The notes: generated by a model from the letters alone, not told the origin. A DNA stretch of 64,000 nt from the human T2T-CHM13v2.0 reference genome, Homo sapiens (GCF_009914755.1 NC_060937.1); one strand, 5' to 3'; shown: positions 1-15,417, numbered from the stretch's first letter. A program made the numbers and translations.

Positions 1-274
1 AGGCTGATAAAATATATAATCTGGAATTTTGGAATAAAATTGATTTTAGCTCTCCAAAATACAGCATTCTGAAAAATGTCATGGTCCTTTCATGAGCTTT
101 GTGTTCAGTACATCTCTCACTTCAACTAAAGCTAGTCTAATGTTCTATTATTACTGGCCTAACTTAGCACTGTACAGATATGTTGCAGATTTGGAAAATT
201 GTAATGACACAAATTTTAAAACCTCTGAATATGATAATATTTGTTCCCTAACGTAAGAATAGCTGAAAGCAGCA

Positions 275-480
275 GCAGCATAGTGTAATGGTAGCAAACA
301 CAGACACTGGAGCTAGACTTCCTGAGATTAATGCCTACCTCTTCTCTTTTGACTATGGTATAACAGGTAAATTCTGTACCTTATTCCCCAGGCCCCAAAT
401 AGGAATAAAAATATGCTTTTTATCTTATAGGGTGGTTATGAGTATGATGTGGTTTTCGACACTGGCACAAATTAGCATAT
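275..480 (+). mobile_element. MIR SINE, degraded
   Basis: gcagcatagtgtaatggt...acagacactggagctagacttcctgag...tatagggtggttatgag...ctggcaca follows the MIR consensus order. Confidence 0.65.
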
Positions 481-1289
481 ATGTATATTGAATACTTTTT
501 AAAAATTAATATTCTAGAAAGAGTCCTATATTATCTTCCAAGACCTTTTGTGATCTGCAAACCAAGTTTATTGCCCTTGTTACATTTCATCATAACATTC
601 CCTATTTTCCCCTTCATGTTTTTTTATTCTTATAAATTTTTTTTGTTTATTCCTCAACAGGGTGTAAACACCAGGATAGCAGCGACATTACTTATTTTGA
701 TATCTGTTGATTACCTTATGATTAACAGAGTGCATAACACATATTAACTGATAACTGAATATTTGTTAATTGAATGATTAAAAAAAAGGACTCATCATTC
801 AAACGATCTCTGATATGTACACGCGACTACAACAAGACTTAGTAGGCACTCAATATTTATTGCATTGAATCAAATAATCTCTACTCTTGATTACTCAGTC
901 AAAATATCAGAAAACAACAAATGCTATCATGTGGACTATAGAGTATATTAGTGGTAATCATAAATGTAGAGGAAGCAATGTAAAAAGCTGCAAGAAAATA
1001 AAGCTTGGGAGTTACATATAGAATGAGCATTAATTACATCATGCCTGTTTCCTTCTTGTGTCAGCTCAAAACTTCTAAGAAGTAGTCATTCATTTTTCAA
1101 TTTGAACATCAGAAGAGTAATTCTAGTAAATTTCCAGGTCATGGTAACTCTATATTTGTAGAAGTTCACCATTCTTCAGATTAAAACTAATATTTTGTGT
1201 TGTGTGATTCTGGACTTTTTAGACAAATAGATAATCTATATATTTACATGGATTCTATGGTGAAACATAATCCAAAAATGTTATATAGT

Positions 1290-1720
1290 ATTTTTAAGAC
1301 TAACATACAGTTTACTTGACTCTTTTTGGTGTGAAGTTCTATAAATTTAACATATATATATATTCATTTAACCGCCACCATAGTGAGTATACAGAATAAT
1401 GTCATCACCATAAAATAATCCTTCATGCTATCCACTTGTAGTCAAACCTCCCTCCACATTTCCTGACACCACTGATAAGTCATATTTTTGTTTTTGTGAA
1501 AATTCCATAGAAATGGAATCATACAATGTGTAACCTTTTGAGTCTGGCTTCATTCACTTAACATGATGCTTCTGTGATTCATAAAAGCTGTTTCATGCAC
1601 CAATAGTTCATTCATTCTTTGTTGCCAAAAAGTATTGCATTGTATGAATTTGCCACTATTTACTTATTCTCCAATTGAAGATTTGGGTTGTTTCCAGTTT
1701 TTAGTGATTATGAACAAAAT
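1290..1720 (-). mobile_element. Old L1M (L1MB/MC/ME-type) 3' end
   Basis: aatggaatcatacaatgtgtaaccttttgagtctggcttcattcacttaacatgatg...atttgggttgtttccagttttt, the typical antisense L1M 3' region. Confidence 0.75.
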
Positions 1721-2044
1721 TGTAGAGAGCCTACTGTGTACCATGTATTCTCTAGGTGAAGGAACATAGTGACAGCCAAGGTAGAAAAGTTCCAATTCTA
1801 ATTATGCTTAATGTCTATGGAGAATTTAGCTATGGTTTAAAAATGAAAAAAAAAGTCATATGGCTAAATGTGTGGCTTTTTGTTCTTTAGTTGTCTATGA
1901 TTTTATTCCAATACATGAATTAATACTACTGGGTCATTCACTGTTTCTCAATCTGCATAATGATGATATGATTCTAAAATATACAATAGAAATTGTATGT
2001 TAGAATCATGAATTGCGGTTTGTTGTTTGTTTGCTTTTAAGCTA

Positions 2045-2140
2045 TTATTGAACATAATTCATCAGAACTGCAAAGCAAGGCCCAGACAACATGTGTTTTG
2101 TTTAAGCCATCATAGGTAATTCTGATGAATACTTCAGGTC
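2045..2140. mobile_element. MER5A (hAT-Charlie) fragment
   Basis: catcagaact...ggcccagacaacatgtgttttgtttaagcc...aggtaattctgatg resembles MER5A. Confidence 0.5.
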
Positions 2141-5100
2141 AATATTGACTCCTCTTATGTTTTTGAAATAGAAACCTAGAGCAACACTTATCAATATGTT
2201 ACTTTAAAGAGGATGATATAGATTAGTGTGTTTGTTTCAGGATGTTATCCAATCTAACAAAAAATGAATTATTGGTTAACTTTGAAGAATTTCCTTCAAA
2301 TTCAAATACTGAAAAACTATTTTCTAGATGCCACCATTTTCAGTGCCCACCAAAGAAGTTATTAATAATTCACATTCATTATCAAGAGCATATTGAAGTT
2401 GACACCAGGAACTGTCTTCTGTCAAAATACATATAGCTGTGAACCTACAATGCTCCCATTGTAAAAGAGAGGGCAATGTCCTGGGAGTTTCTATAGATGC
2501 CAAAGAGGGGATAATAGATCAGTATGAGCAAATACTTGCTATTTTACAACGGTCAAACATATTTAATTTTTAGTCTTCTATCCTAGAATTTCTTTCCCAC
2601 ACAATTCTGATCTTTATACCCAACTGACTGAGAAATTATATTTAGTACATCATCCCATGTTTTTCAATTTTTTTTATCAAATGTGTCTGTACTGTGAATT
2701 TTTACCTTGACCTATTTAAATAAAAATGTACATACATGTTTCCTATTGCAGTTAAAAGGTGCTTGGGAAAGATTAGTCTATTTTCTAGTTTGTAAGGTGT
2801 TATGAGTAGTGAAATTTAAATTCTATATATTTCACAAGAAATAAGATAAGTACAGATTTAGACTAGCATACCTGACCTATCAGGTAGAAGAGCAGCCGAA
2901 AATAGGTGACAGTGTTAACCTGAGCTATTAGAAGCAATTCCGAAGAGAAATAAGATAACTTGAGTTGTATCATTACTGAAAGTACTGCTTCTCCCCTAAA
3001 TAACAATATTTTTTCTCAAATAGGACTATGGATGAGGGATAGATGGGCATAAAATTTATAGTTATAAAATGTTACTATTTTCATTGAGCAATTTTGGTAC
3101 AAAAAGCTATGAATATGATGGAAAACAATAGGAGAAAAACAAAACAAAACATTTGTATTGCTTTACAATAATACTGCTTCAATTTATAAACAATTGTTTA
3201 TTGGCCTGATGTGGTTAATTCAATTAAGGAGAAAAGTATCTTTTTGAAATTTATGGAGTTATTAAGAATAATTCCAGTGGCTTTCTCAGGAAAAATATCT
3301 TAATGTGTGTTCCCTTCATGTGTGCAAGTAGGGATAAGTTAGATATATTATTCCCGTATTTTTAAAACTCTGAAATGTGAAGTTTAAGACTGACTTTCTA
3401 TGTTTCTTGGCTAATTGGTGAAGTAGTTGCATATTTCTTTTTTTGTGAAATGCTGTGGTATTCCGCCTTAGACTGGTAAATTCTTAATGATGATTGTGCT
3501 AACAAAGGAAAACATGTCAATTTTGTGTTGTTAAGTTTAAGAGAAGTGAATTGCTTTCATTTACTTCAATTCATAAGCTTCTTATATAAGCTGTTGATTC
3601 AAATTCCCTTACAAAAGATTATCTGAACTACTGGGAATACTTTCTAAAAGACTTACTTATGCCCTCTTTTTTAAAAAACATCTATCATCTTTCTAGTTTA
3701 TAATGCAACGAAGCTTTCTTTATGCCTGCTTTGTTTTCATAAATGCTAACCAGGTTAAAATAACATTTAAAAGTCACACTTGTTAATGACATTCACTATT
3801 ACCACTTATATTTAAATTAGTGTTGGATACTCATAACATAACTAGTTATTTCCTTGGAACATTAACATTTCACGATGCTTTAATAAATGTCCCATCCTAA
3901 CATTCAAATTATGTTTTAAAAATTTACAATGCAAATGCAGTTATACTTTAAAAATTTTACTTTTATAAACATAACCATGAATCCCACTTTAAATGCCAAA
4001 AAGATATGGGATAGTACATGATCTTTCACTTTTATTGTAACAACAAAAAAAACTCTGAGGATATGATCCTAAATACATTCTGCAATCCTTTATCAAAGAA
4101 CAATTTTGATTTTTGTTCCTTCTTTCCTCATAACCATGTAGGCATCAGCCTCAGTGAGGCAGATGTTAACTACTGAGCTTCCCAGTGAGCACTTTAGGAG
4201 AACAACAAAGACAACTATTTTTCTTTACCATTACTGGGACAAACTGGATGTCTAATCAAACAACCAACAAAACAAACAACAAAACAAACAAAGCATTGTT
4301 GGTAGATACTCCATTTTCTATTATTACATAGCCATTATAACATATCCTATGCAGAACCACATAATTTCTTTTATCACATTTAATATTATGAAAACCAATT
4401 TTAAAATATTTTATATCAAATATTACAGGTAAACTTATTTGAGCTAAGTCAATACCACTTGCTCCTTGAATATTATTAAATGCTTATGTGTCATGAACTG
4501 TGACAGACACACAGATACTTCTTTCATGCCAAAAGGGAAGACATACAATAAAAAAAAACTATGACAATAAAATGAGATGATTATCGCAGCTTGTATAATG
4601 TTAATTTTGTTCTAGGCACTACTAACCCTAACAACTAACTAATACAATAGCATGTGACTGATCTGTTTTGAGTCACACACAGTTGAAACAATATTTTATT
4701 CATCCTCTTATTTCCAGTTCCTCAAAAAAGTTATTGACTAATATATAGGCCTCAATAAATAAGCATTTTGGAAATGTAAATTTAATTGTCTTAAATAAGT
4801 AGTTTACTTAATCTTTTGTATTGGTAACTGAATAATTAGTTTCTTTTTAGAAATAAATGAAACTCATACATTTAATAAAAAAATTGTGATAGTTGACTTT
4901 TACAATTAATTGCTATCATGGATGTTTAATGCAACGCCTTTTTGAAATAATAATACAGGCTAAATAAAGAATTCTATAATATTGTTATATATATAGTATA
5001 TATTTGTGTCTTTATAAATCATTATATAAGGTTATTGATCTATATGTTCAGCTAAAACATAGCTAAATTATAAATGTAAAGGTTGAGAGTAAATGTCTCT

Positions 5101-5928
5101 TTAAAATTGCTATAGTTTTGCCCATATTCGTGAGTGCTCCATTATGCACTTTATAAGCAAGAAAGTGTTACCATCCTTCCTTTAAGTTTGAAGATCACTT
5201 TCTGAATTAAATTATGAGTCTGGAAATTGTGTTTAGATGTTTGAACACCTAATTGATTATGCTACATTTATTTGATCATGGTTGAAATGTAATTTTACTG
5301 CTTGGTTGGTGACACTTTTTTGTAAAGTATTAAATTGATTTGCTGCTTAGGAGAGAATCACTTTTTAAAAACAGGTTTTCAGGAATCTTCCAGGAAGAAA
5401 AGCACATATTTTGATTCTTATTATTTTTAACAAAGAGTGAAAATAGACAGTGAGAAACCTAGGAAGTAATGAGAAAGCAAGTCTTGAACTGAATTTAAAA
5501 CATAAAATCTTATTTGATATTGTAATTTTTGCAAAGATGTTTTAGCTACTGCATCAATACAACCAATACTCATTTTTATTTTTTAAGGTGAAGTTTTTTT
5601 CTATTAAGATAGCTTTATGTAAAACTTCAGTTTGTCCGATTTTCAAAGCATGTGTTAAATCCCAATAACAACGTAAAAAAAAAAATTGGGAGCAAGGGAA
5701 ATATGGTTCTTGAGAAATGTTGGATGAAATAAATAAAATAGTATTTTTAGTGTTCTTCATGTATAATCAGTTCAGCTCAATGAAATACTGACCTCAAAGG
5801 GCAATTAAAGGATGCAAGGCTTCCTAGATGCTCTTTCTGAGGATCATCTTGCAAACATGTTTTGAAAAACACTAGGCTAATTCACTCAATTTGGGACCAT
5901 ATTGTGAGACAGTAAGTCATGAATGCCC

Positions 5929-8239
5929 TGTATTAGTCCATCTTTACACTGCTGATAAGGACATACCAGAGACTGGGCAATTTAAAAAAGAAAGAGGTTC
6001 AATTGGAATCACAGTTCCACATGTCTGCGGAGGCCTCACAATCATGGCAGAAAGCAAAGAGAAGCAGGTCATATCTTAAGTGGATGGTGGCAGGCAAAAA
6101 GAGAACTTGTGCAGCAGAACTCCTGTTTTTAAAATCATCATATCTCCTGAGATTTGTTCACTATCATGAGAACACACTGGAAAGAACCGTCCCCATAATC
6201 AATCACCTCTTACCAGGTTCCTCCCGTGACATGTGGGAACTGCTACAATTCAAAATGAGATTTGGGTGGGGACAACCAACCATATCATTCCACCCCCAAG
6301 CCCCTCCCAAATCTCATGTACTCACATTTCAAAAACAATCATGCCTTCCCAATAGTCCCTCAAAGTCTTAACTCATTTCAGCATTAACTCAAAAGTCCAC
6401 AGTCCAAAGTCTCATCTGAGACAAGGCAAGTCTCTTCCACTTATGAGCCTGTAAAATCAAAAGCAAGTTAGTTACTTCCTAGATACAATGAGGGTACAGG
6501 CATTCGGCCAATACAGCCATGCCAAATGGGAGAAAATGGGCAAAACAGAGGAGATACAGGCCCCATGCAAGTCCAAAATCCAGCAGGTTAGTCAAATCTT
6601 AAAGCTCCAAAATGATCTTCTTTGACTCCATGTCTCACATCTGGGTCATGCAGATGTAAGAGGTGAGTTCCCATGGTCTTGGGCAGTTCCGCCCCTGTGG
6701 CTTTGCAGGGTACAGCCTCCCTCCCTGGCTGCTTTCATAAGCTGGCATTGAGCGTCTATGGCTTTTCCAGGTGCACGGTGCAAGCTGTCATTGGATCTCC
6801 CATTCTGGGGTCTGGAGGACAGTGGCTCTCTTCTCACAGCTCCACTAGGCAATGCCCCAGTAGGGACTGTGTGGGAACTCTGACCCTACATTTCCCTACT
6901 GCACTGCCCTAGCAAAGGTTCTCCATGATAGCACCACCTCAGTAGCAAACTTCTGCCTGGACATTCAGGTGTTTCCATCCATCCTCTGAAATCTAGGCGG
7001 AGGTTCTCAAACCCCAGTTCTTGACTTCTGTACACTGTCAGGCTCAGCACCATGTGGAAGCTACCAAGGCTTGAGGCTTACACCCTCTGAAGCCATGGCC
7101 TGAGCTCTATGTTTGCACCTTTCAGCCACAGCTGGAGTGGCTGAGACACAGGGCACCAAGTCCTTAGGCTGCACACAGCAGGGGAGCCCTGGGCCTGGCC
7201 CACAAAACTACTTTTTCATCCTAGGTCTCAAGGCCTGTGATGGGAGGAGCTGCTGTGAAGGCCTCTGACATGCCTTGGGGACATTTTCCTCATTGTCTTT
7301 GGAATTACTATTCGGCTCCTCATTACTTATGCAAATTTCTGCAGCTGGCTTGAATTTCTTCTCAGAAAATGGGATTTTCTTTCCTATTGCATTGCCAGCC
7401 TGCAAATTTTCCAAGCTTTTATAAAAGCTCTGCTTCCTTTATAAAACTGAATGCCTTTATCAGCACCTAAGTCATCTCTTGAATGCTTTGCTGCTTAGAA
7501 ATTTCTTCAGCCAGGTACCCTAAATCATCTCCCCAAGTTCATAGTTCCACAAATCTCTAGGGTAGGAAAAAAATGTCGTTAGTCTCTTTGCTAAAACAAA
7601 ACAAGAGTCACCTTTGCCCCAGTTACCAACAAGTTCCTCATCTCCGTTTGAGAGGACCTCAGCCTGGATTTTATTGTCCATATCATTATCAGCATTTTGT
7701 TCAAAGCCATTCAACAAGTCTCTAGGAAGTTCCAAACTTTTCCACATTTTTCTCTCTTTTTCTGAACCCTCCAAACTGTTCTAACCTCTGCCTGTTTTGC
7801 AGTTCCAAAGTCGCTTCCACATTTTTGGGTATCTTTTTAGCAGCACCTCACTCTACTGGTACCAATTTACTGTATTAGTCCATTTTCACACTGTTGATAC
7901 AGACACAGCCAAGACTGGGCAACTTACAAAAGAAAGAAGTTTAACTGGACTCACAGTTTCATGAGGTTGGGGAGGCCTCACAATCATGGCGGAAAGCAAA
8001 GAGGTGCACGTCACTTCTTATGTGGAGGTGGAAGCCAAAAAGAGAGTTTGTGCAGAGAAACGCCTGCTTTTAAAACCATCAGATCTCAAGAGACTCATTC
8101 ACTATCACGAGAAGAGCCCAGTAAGGACCTGCCCCCATAATTCAATCACCTCCTACGAAGTTCTTCCTATGACGTATGGGAATTGTGGGAGTTACCATTC
8201 AAGAAGAGTTTTGGGTGGGGACCCAGCCAAACCATACCA
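5929..8239 (-). mobile_element. Full-length THE1 (ERVL-MaLR, THE1A/B-like): LTR 5929-6287, internal 6288-7870, LTR 7871-8239
   Basis: Two ~360 bp direct repeats, both starting tgtattagtccat and ending ccatatca/ccatacca, flank a 1583 bp THE1-int sequence. The flanking 5-mers tgccc/tacct may be a decayed target-site duplication (TSD). Confidence 0.95.
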
Positions 8240-8979
8240 TACCTAACTCTTGGCTTTTCTTCCCCATTTTGTTTTATTTTCTCTAGCTACATATCTCACT
8301 ATATTTAACCAACATATATGACCCACTTCACTGATACTTGATGTAAATTTTCTTTCTATAATTTTTAAATTTCTTTTTTCCTTAACACCCATGCAGTATT
8401 AGTAAAAAAAAGTCTTGGTTTGGCCCCTATACTATTAAATTTCAGCTCAGCTGCAAATGAGAAAAATATTACTTAGGATAAAAACAATGATTTAAATGAC
8501 ATAAAATAACTTTTCTTCCTTTTGCAAAAATCTGAGTAGGTGGCACAGACATTCATGGTGCCAGGTAATTTTTATTCATTTCTCCTTATTCTTTCTCTGT
8601 GAATGACTTTGAAATCATCATCCGTTATGGTTGCTACCACCATCACCTGCATTTCAGCTGCTAGGAACGAGACAATAGGTAGACAAGGAAAAGAATAAAT
8701 ATTACACATAGTTCTTCCGCTTATATTCCCATAATAAACCCTTTTGCCTATAAGGTATGATATAGCTGGAAGAGATACTTAGAAGTATCTATTCTTGTTA
8801 ACAAGGTAATCAGCTGAAATATAATGTGGTACAGAAATTATATCCAAATTTATCATATTCTTGTTGTCTACTGAAAAACAGATTATTGAATACGTGGTAA
8901 GCACCAGAGAGAAAACTGAAAGAGATTTAAAATGCTCAAAATTAACCAAACCTGAAAATATACCAAGTCATGAAAATTG

Positions 8980-9539
8980 CTCCACTTGTCACCTACATTT
9001 TGATATTAACAGGTCAATTCAGTTTTCATCTTACTTGGCCCCTATCTCTCAGTTTGTTTATCTTTCTCTTTATCTCCCAATCTCTTTATTTGGGAGTGTT
9101 TCAGGGATTAGTCTTTGATTCTCTTCTCTTTCACCTACATTTACTACCTTTGTGACTCCCTCTGGCCTCATAGATGTACATGTCACCAATGTGCAAAGGA
9201 CATTTAAAAAATATCTCCTCCAATCTCCCGAGTCACATATTCATCTATTAATACTTACTCTAGCAGAGAGTGGTGGCGCACGCCTGTAATCCTAGCACTT
9301 TGGGACAAGGTGTGCAGATCACCTGAGTTCAGGAGTTTGAGACCAGCCTGGCTAACATGGTGAAAACTCATCTCTACTAAAAATACAAAAAATTAGCCGG
9401 ATGTGGTGCCAGGTGCCTGTAATCCAAGCTATTTGAGAGGCTGAGGCACGAGAATCGCTTGAACTCAGGAGGCTGAGGTTGCAATGAGCCGAGTTTGTGT
9501 CACTGCACTCCAGCCTGGGCGACAGAACAAGACTGTCTC

Positions 9540-9570
<31 letters not shown>

Positions 9571-10230
9571 ACTTATTCTACATCCACATTTTACGTTGTA
9601 ATGGATAGTCCAACCTTACCATGCCTATAACAATCTCCCAATATTCCTCTAAAAATTGATATTTAAATATCATCTAATATTTTCTTACCTCACTTGTTGG
9701 AAACTTTATTCTTTCTGTTGCACAGGACAAAAATCTTGGAGAAATCAATTTCTCACTTTGGCTCCTGCTCCTTATCCAATCTGCTGCAATTACTATTGTC
9801 TGCCTTAAAATATACACAGAATCTTACTCCATCTCACCGAATCTACCACTTCCTCTGCAGACAAAGTAACTTTTAGCTCTTCTCCATACTGCATCAATGT
9901 ATTCTGGTTTTACACTTGCCCCCATATGTTCAATACAGCCACCTGGATGACACTGAAGAAATGTAAGCCACATTAAGTCACCTTGCTCCACATCCTGCAG
10001 TGGCTCCCTATGTTATTCACATTAAAAGTTCAATGCTTAAAATGACCTCCTGGGCTTTCCCATTGTTACTTACATTACTTCTTTCCTACTATCCCCTTCT
10101 TTCCTCTCCCCACCCTGACCACACTGACTACCACTCTGTTTCTTGGATACATCCATCTGGGACACTTTTGAAACAAGTGTTCTGCTCTGCCTCTTTTCTC
10201 TATCTGAAATACAATTCCCTCAGATTTTCA
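8980..10230 (+). mobile_element. L2 LINE remnant, interrupted by an Alu and then an L1; a further 3' piece lies at ~13000-13210
   Basis: Pyrimidine-rich L2-type sequence (tctgttgcacaggacaaaaatcttggag; ctgcagtggctccctatgttattcacattaaaagttcaa). Confidence 0.7.
9263..9568 (+). mobile_element. AluS element with (AAAAC)n tail
   Basis: Dimeric Alu; TSD acttactcta (9253-9262) / acttattcta (9571-9580). Confidence 0.95.
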
Positions 10231-10245
10231 CATGTCTACCATTTT

Positions 10246-12630
10246 TTAAAATTTTATTTTATTTTTAGTTCTGGGATACATGTGCAGGATGTGCAGGTTT
10301 GTTACATAGGTAAATGTGTTCCATGGTGATTTGCTGCACCTATCAACCCATCACATAACTATTAGGCCCTGCATGCATTAGATATTTTTCCTGATGTTCA
10401 CTCTCCCCCTGCCACCCTGCCCCCGCAAGGCCCAAGTGTGGGTTTTTCCCCTCCCTGTGTTCATGTGTTCTCATTGTTCAGCTCCCATTTATAAGTGAGA
10501 ATATGTGGTGTTTGGTTTTCTGTTCCTGTGTTAGTTTGCCGAGGATAATGTCTTCCAGCTCCCTCCATGTCCCTGCAAAGGACATGATCTCATTCATTTT
10601 TATGGCTGCATAGTATTCCATGGTGTATATGTACCATATTTGCTTTATCCAGTCTATCATTGATGGGCATTTGGGTTAATTCCACGTTTTGCTATTTTGA
10701 AGAGTGCTGCAATAAACATATGTGTGCATGTATTTTTATACTAGAATGATTTATATTCCTTTGGGTATATACCAAGCAATGGGATTGCTGGGTTGAATGG
10801 TATTTCTGGTTGTAGGTCTTTGAGGAATTGCCACACTGTCTTCCACAATGGTTGAACTGATTTACATTCCCACCAACAGTGTAAAAGGATTCATATTTCT
10901 CCACAGCCTCATCAGCATCTGTTGTTTCTTGACTTTTTAATAATGGCCATTCTTACTGGCATGAAATGGTATCTCATTGTGGTTTTGATTTGCATTTCTC
11001 TAATGATCAGTTACGTTGAACTTTTTTTTTCATGTGGTTGTTGGCCACATAAATGTCTTTTTTTGAGAAGTGTTTGTTCATGACCTTTGCCCACCTTTTC
11101 ATGTGGTTGTTTATTTCTTGTAAATTTATTTAAGTTCCTTGTAGATTCTGGATATTAGACCTTTGTCAGATGGATAGATAGCAGACATTTAATCCCATTC
11201 CGTAGGTTGTCTCTTCACTCTGATGATAGGTAGTTTCTTTTGCTGTGCAGAAGCTTCTTAGTTTAATTAGATCCTATTTGTGAATTTTTTCTTTTGTTGT
11301 AGTTGCTTTGACATTTTCATCATGAAACCTTTACACTTGCCTATGTGCTGAATGGTATTGCCTAGATTTTATTCTAGGGTTTTTATAATTTTTGGTTTAC
11401 ATTTAAGTCTTTAATCCTTCTTGAATTAATTTTTGTATGAGGTATAAGCAAGGCATCCAGTTTCAATTTTCTGCATATGGCTAGCCAGTTATCCCAGAAC
11501 TATTTATTAAATATGGAATTCTTTCCTCATTGGTTGTTTTTGTCAGATTTGTTGAAGATAAGATGATTGCATTTGTGTGGTCTTATTTGATATCTCTATT
11601 CTGTTCCATTGGTCTATGTATCTGTTTTTTTACCATGCTGTTTTGGTTACTGTAGCCTTGTAACATAGTTTAAAGTTGTGTAGCATGATGTCTGCAGCTT
11701 TGTTCATTTTGTTTAGGATAATCTTGCCTATACAGGCTCTTTTTTTGGTTCCACATGAATTTTAAAGTGGTTTTTTTCTAATTCTTTGAAGAATGTCAAT
11801 GGTAGTTTAATGGAATAGCATTGAATCTATAAATTACTTTGGGCAGTATGGCTATTTCACAGTATTAATTCTTCCTATCCCTGTGTTGGGAATGAGCCCC
11901 CAAAATCTGGCCATAAACTGGCCCCAAAACTGGCCATAAACAAAATCTCTGCAGCACTGTGACATGTTCATGATGGCCATGACACCCACACTGGAAGGTT
12001 GTGCATTTACCGGAAAGAGGGCAAGGAACACCTCTCTCACCCAGCTCGGAAAACAGCTTAAAGTCGTTCCTAAACCGCAAACAGTAGCATGAGCTATCTG
12101 TGCCTTAAGGAGATGCTCCTGCTGCAGATAACTAGCCAAATCCATCCCTTTATTTTGGCCCATCCCTTTGTTTCCTGTAAGGAATACTTTTAGTTAGTCT
12201 ATAATCTATAGAAACAATGGTTATCACTGGCTTGCTGTCAATAAATACGTGGGTAAATCTCTGTTCAAGGCTCTCAGCTCTGAAGGCTGTGAGACCCCTG
12301 ATTTCCCACTCCACACCTCTAAATTTCCGTGTGTGCATCTTTAATTCCTCTAGCGCTGCTGGGTTAGGGTCTCCCCGACCGAGTTGGTCTCAGCACTCTG
12401 AACATGGATTGTTTTTCCATTTGTTTGTGTCCTCTCTGATTTCCTTGAGCATGGTTTGTAGTTCTCCTTGAAGATGTCCTTTACCACCCTTGTTCACTGT
12501 ATTCCTAGGTATTTTATTCTCTTTGTAGCAATTGTGAATGGGAGTTCATTCATGATTTGGCTCTCTGCTTGTCCACTGTTGGTGTATGGGAATGCTTGTA
12601 ATTTTTGCACTCTGATTTTGTATCCTGAGA
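10246..12630 (-). mobile_element. 5'-truncated L1PA (about L1PA8-13), interrupted by a MER9 LTR
   Basis: Antisense L1PA 3'UTR and ORF2 C-terminus (ORF 10478..10660 WYIYTMEYYAAIK); TSD catgtctaccatttt (10231) / catgtctaatatttt (12631). Confidence 0.93.
11884..12395 (+). mobile_element. MER9 solo LTR (HERV-K9/HML-3)
   Basis: 512 bp TG...CA element, tgttgggaatgagcccccaaaatctggccataaactggcccc...ggtctcagca, with AATAAA at ~12240; flanked by ccctg/ctctg inside L1 ORF2. Confidence 0.9.
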
Positions 12631-12689
12631 CATGTCTAATATTTTTACCTTCTACAAATGTCTTATTTACTCTCTCTCTCTCTCTTTGT

Positions 12690-12970
12690 GTTGAAACAGG
12701 CTGGAGTGCAGGACAGGATCATGGCACATTGCAGCCTCCTCAAACTCCTGGGCTCTGCCCACCTCAGCCTCTTGAGCAGCTAAAATCAAAGTCATGTGCC
12801 ACCATGCCTAGCTAATGTTTTTTGTTTGCTTTCTGTTTTTGTTTTTGTTAATTCTTTAGAGAGATGAGATCTCACTATGGTGCTCAGCCCTGGTCTCGAA
12901 TTCCTGGGCTAAATCAACCCCCCCATCTCAGCCTCCAAAAGCACAAGAATTACAGGCATGAGCTACTGAT
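12690..12970 (-). mobile_element. AluJ, degraded
   Basis: ggctggagtgca...gcagcctcctcaaactcctgggctc...ttacaggcatgagc. Confidence 0.85.
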
Positions 12971-13282
12971 CTTGTTCATTTGTCCTATTATCAGTTAGCC
13001 TTGCTATCACACTCTGTTTGAAATACCAACATTCACTAAATATTCCCAATCCCCCTTACTCTATTCTCTCTACTGTTTTTATAAACAAACTACAAATTTC
13101 CTTTTGTACTTATTGCTTATTGCTTAATATTTGTCTTGTTCCAACAGAATGCAAATCCTATGAGGACAGGAGGGGATTTCTGATATATACATATTTATTT
13201 AATAAGTAAATGACTATGCAAAGAATGAAATCAGAAGTAAATGCAGGCAAACTATGTACAATAATAATCTGTGAGTGGGTGT

Positions 13283-13994
13283 TGTAACAAGAACACAGTA
13301 AGAATTTCTACCTAGGCATTAGAAGTAGAACAGCACAACCAAATGGTCCAGGACATTGGTCAGAGATAAGAACATAGAGGCATCTTTCCTACCTCTCAGA
13401 TTGGGTTCCCCACTTTTCTGTGGCTTCCTTTAAATGGAGTTACTATTCAGGTATTTACCCACGAATTTTAGAGACCCACACCCCATTCCCTTAAATATAC
13501 CATCATAGTTGCCATGTTCTTTCTTTTTCTCTCTCTCTGCCTTACTCTTCATTCCTGCCTTGTGTGACCCAGGCACAGAGGATGGCCCTCCTGACTTATG
13601 GTGCCGTCCACCCCTGATCTGTAAGTAATAATTCTTTGAACGTAATTTCTATTGTATTAAATTTGTACCTTCCATTGGAAGAACCACAATTTCCCCCGGG
13701 ATGCCTGGGGCAAACAAGATCAGGATCCCAGTGCCAGGAGAATGGTCAGACTGGACACTAATCAGACAAGACCCACAAGAGCATCTGCCAATGTAAACAA
13801 GTTTCCCATGTGAGGGCCCCCTCCGGATCATAAGTCAGACAACTAGACACTAGGCTGTCTGGCAGGTAAAAGAAATATATCCTGAAAGCCATAATGTAAT
13901 CATCCATATCCAGCTCCCCTACATTTTCTGTCAGGGTAGGGTTGCTAGCTCCTCTGGTACTGGAACCTAAATTTAGCTGAAGCCTCTCAAAATA
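13283..13994 (+). mobile_element. ERVL-type solo LTR (MER54/MER73-like)
   Basis: tgtaac start; 3' end gggttgctagctcctctggtactggaacctaaatttagctg...ctctcaaaata resembles the recalled MER54 end. Confidence 0.6.
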
Positions 13995-14274
13995 GATGCT
14001 TAAGGCATTTCAGTAAAAATCCGATTCAAATTTTGGTAATTTGAGAATGAAATCAGAGATTTAGGCCCATTATATTATTGTAAATTATAAGAATGAAGTA
14101 AATAAATTGTATTTTTAATTTAAATTTTAACATGCAGACATAATTATGATAGCCAGCATGAGGGTAAGAAATGGAAATGTAAAACAGAAGAATTCTTCAA
14201 ATGTGTTTTGCTTTCTTTGGGGAAGAAGGATGAGCTGATCCTTTGGCAAGTATAGATATCTGTGCTCAAAGACC

Positions 14275-15417
<1,143 letters not shown>

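Noticed and set aside
2229-2436. Acceptor-like tgtttgtttcag followed by a 64 aa ORF
   Set aside because: There is no recognisable protein similarity, no convincing donor, and the other frames are closed.
6003-8246. ORFs within THE1 as genes
   Set aside because: They are short, broken frames of the MaLR LTR and internal sequence.
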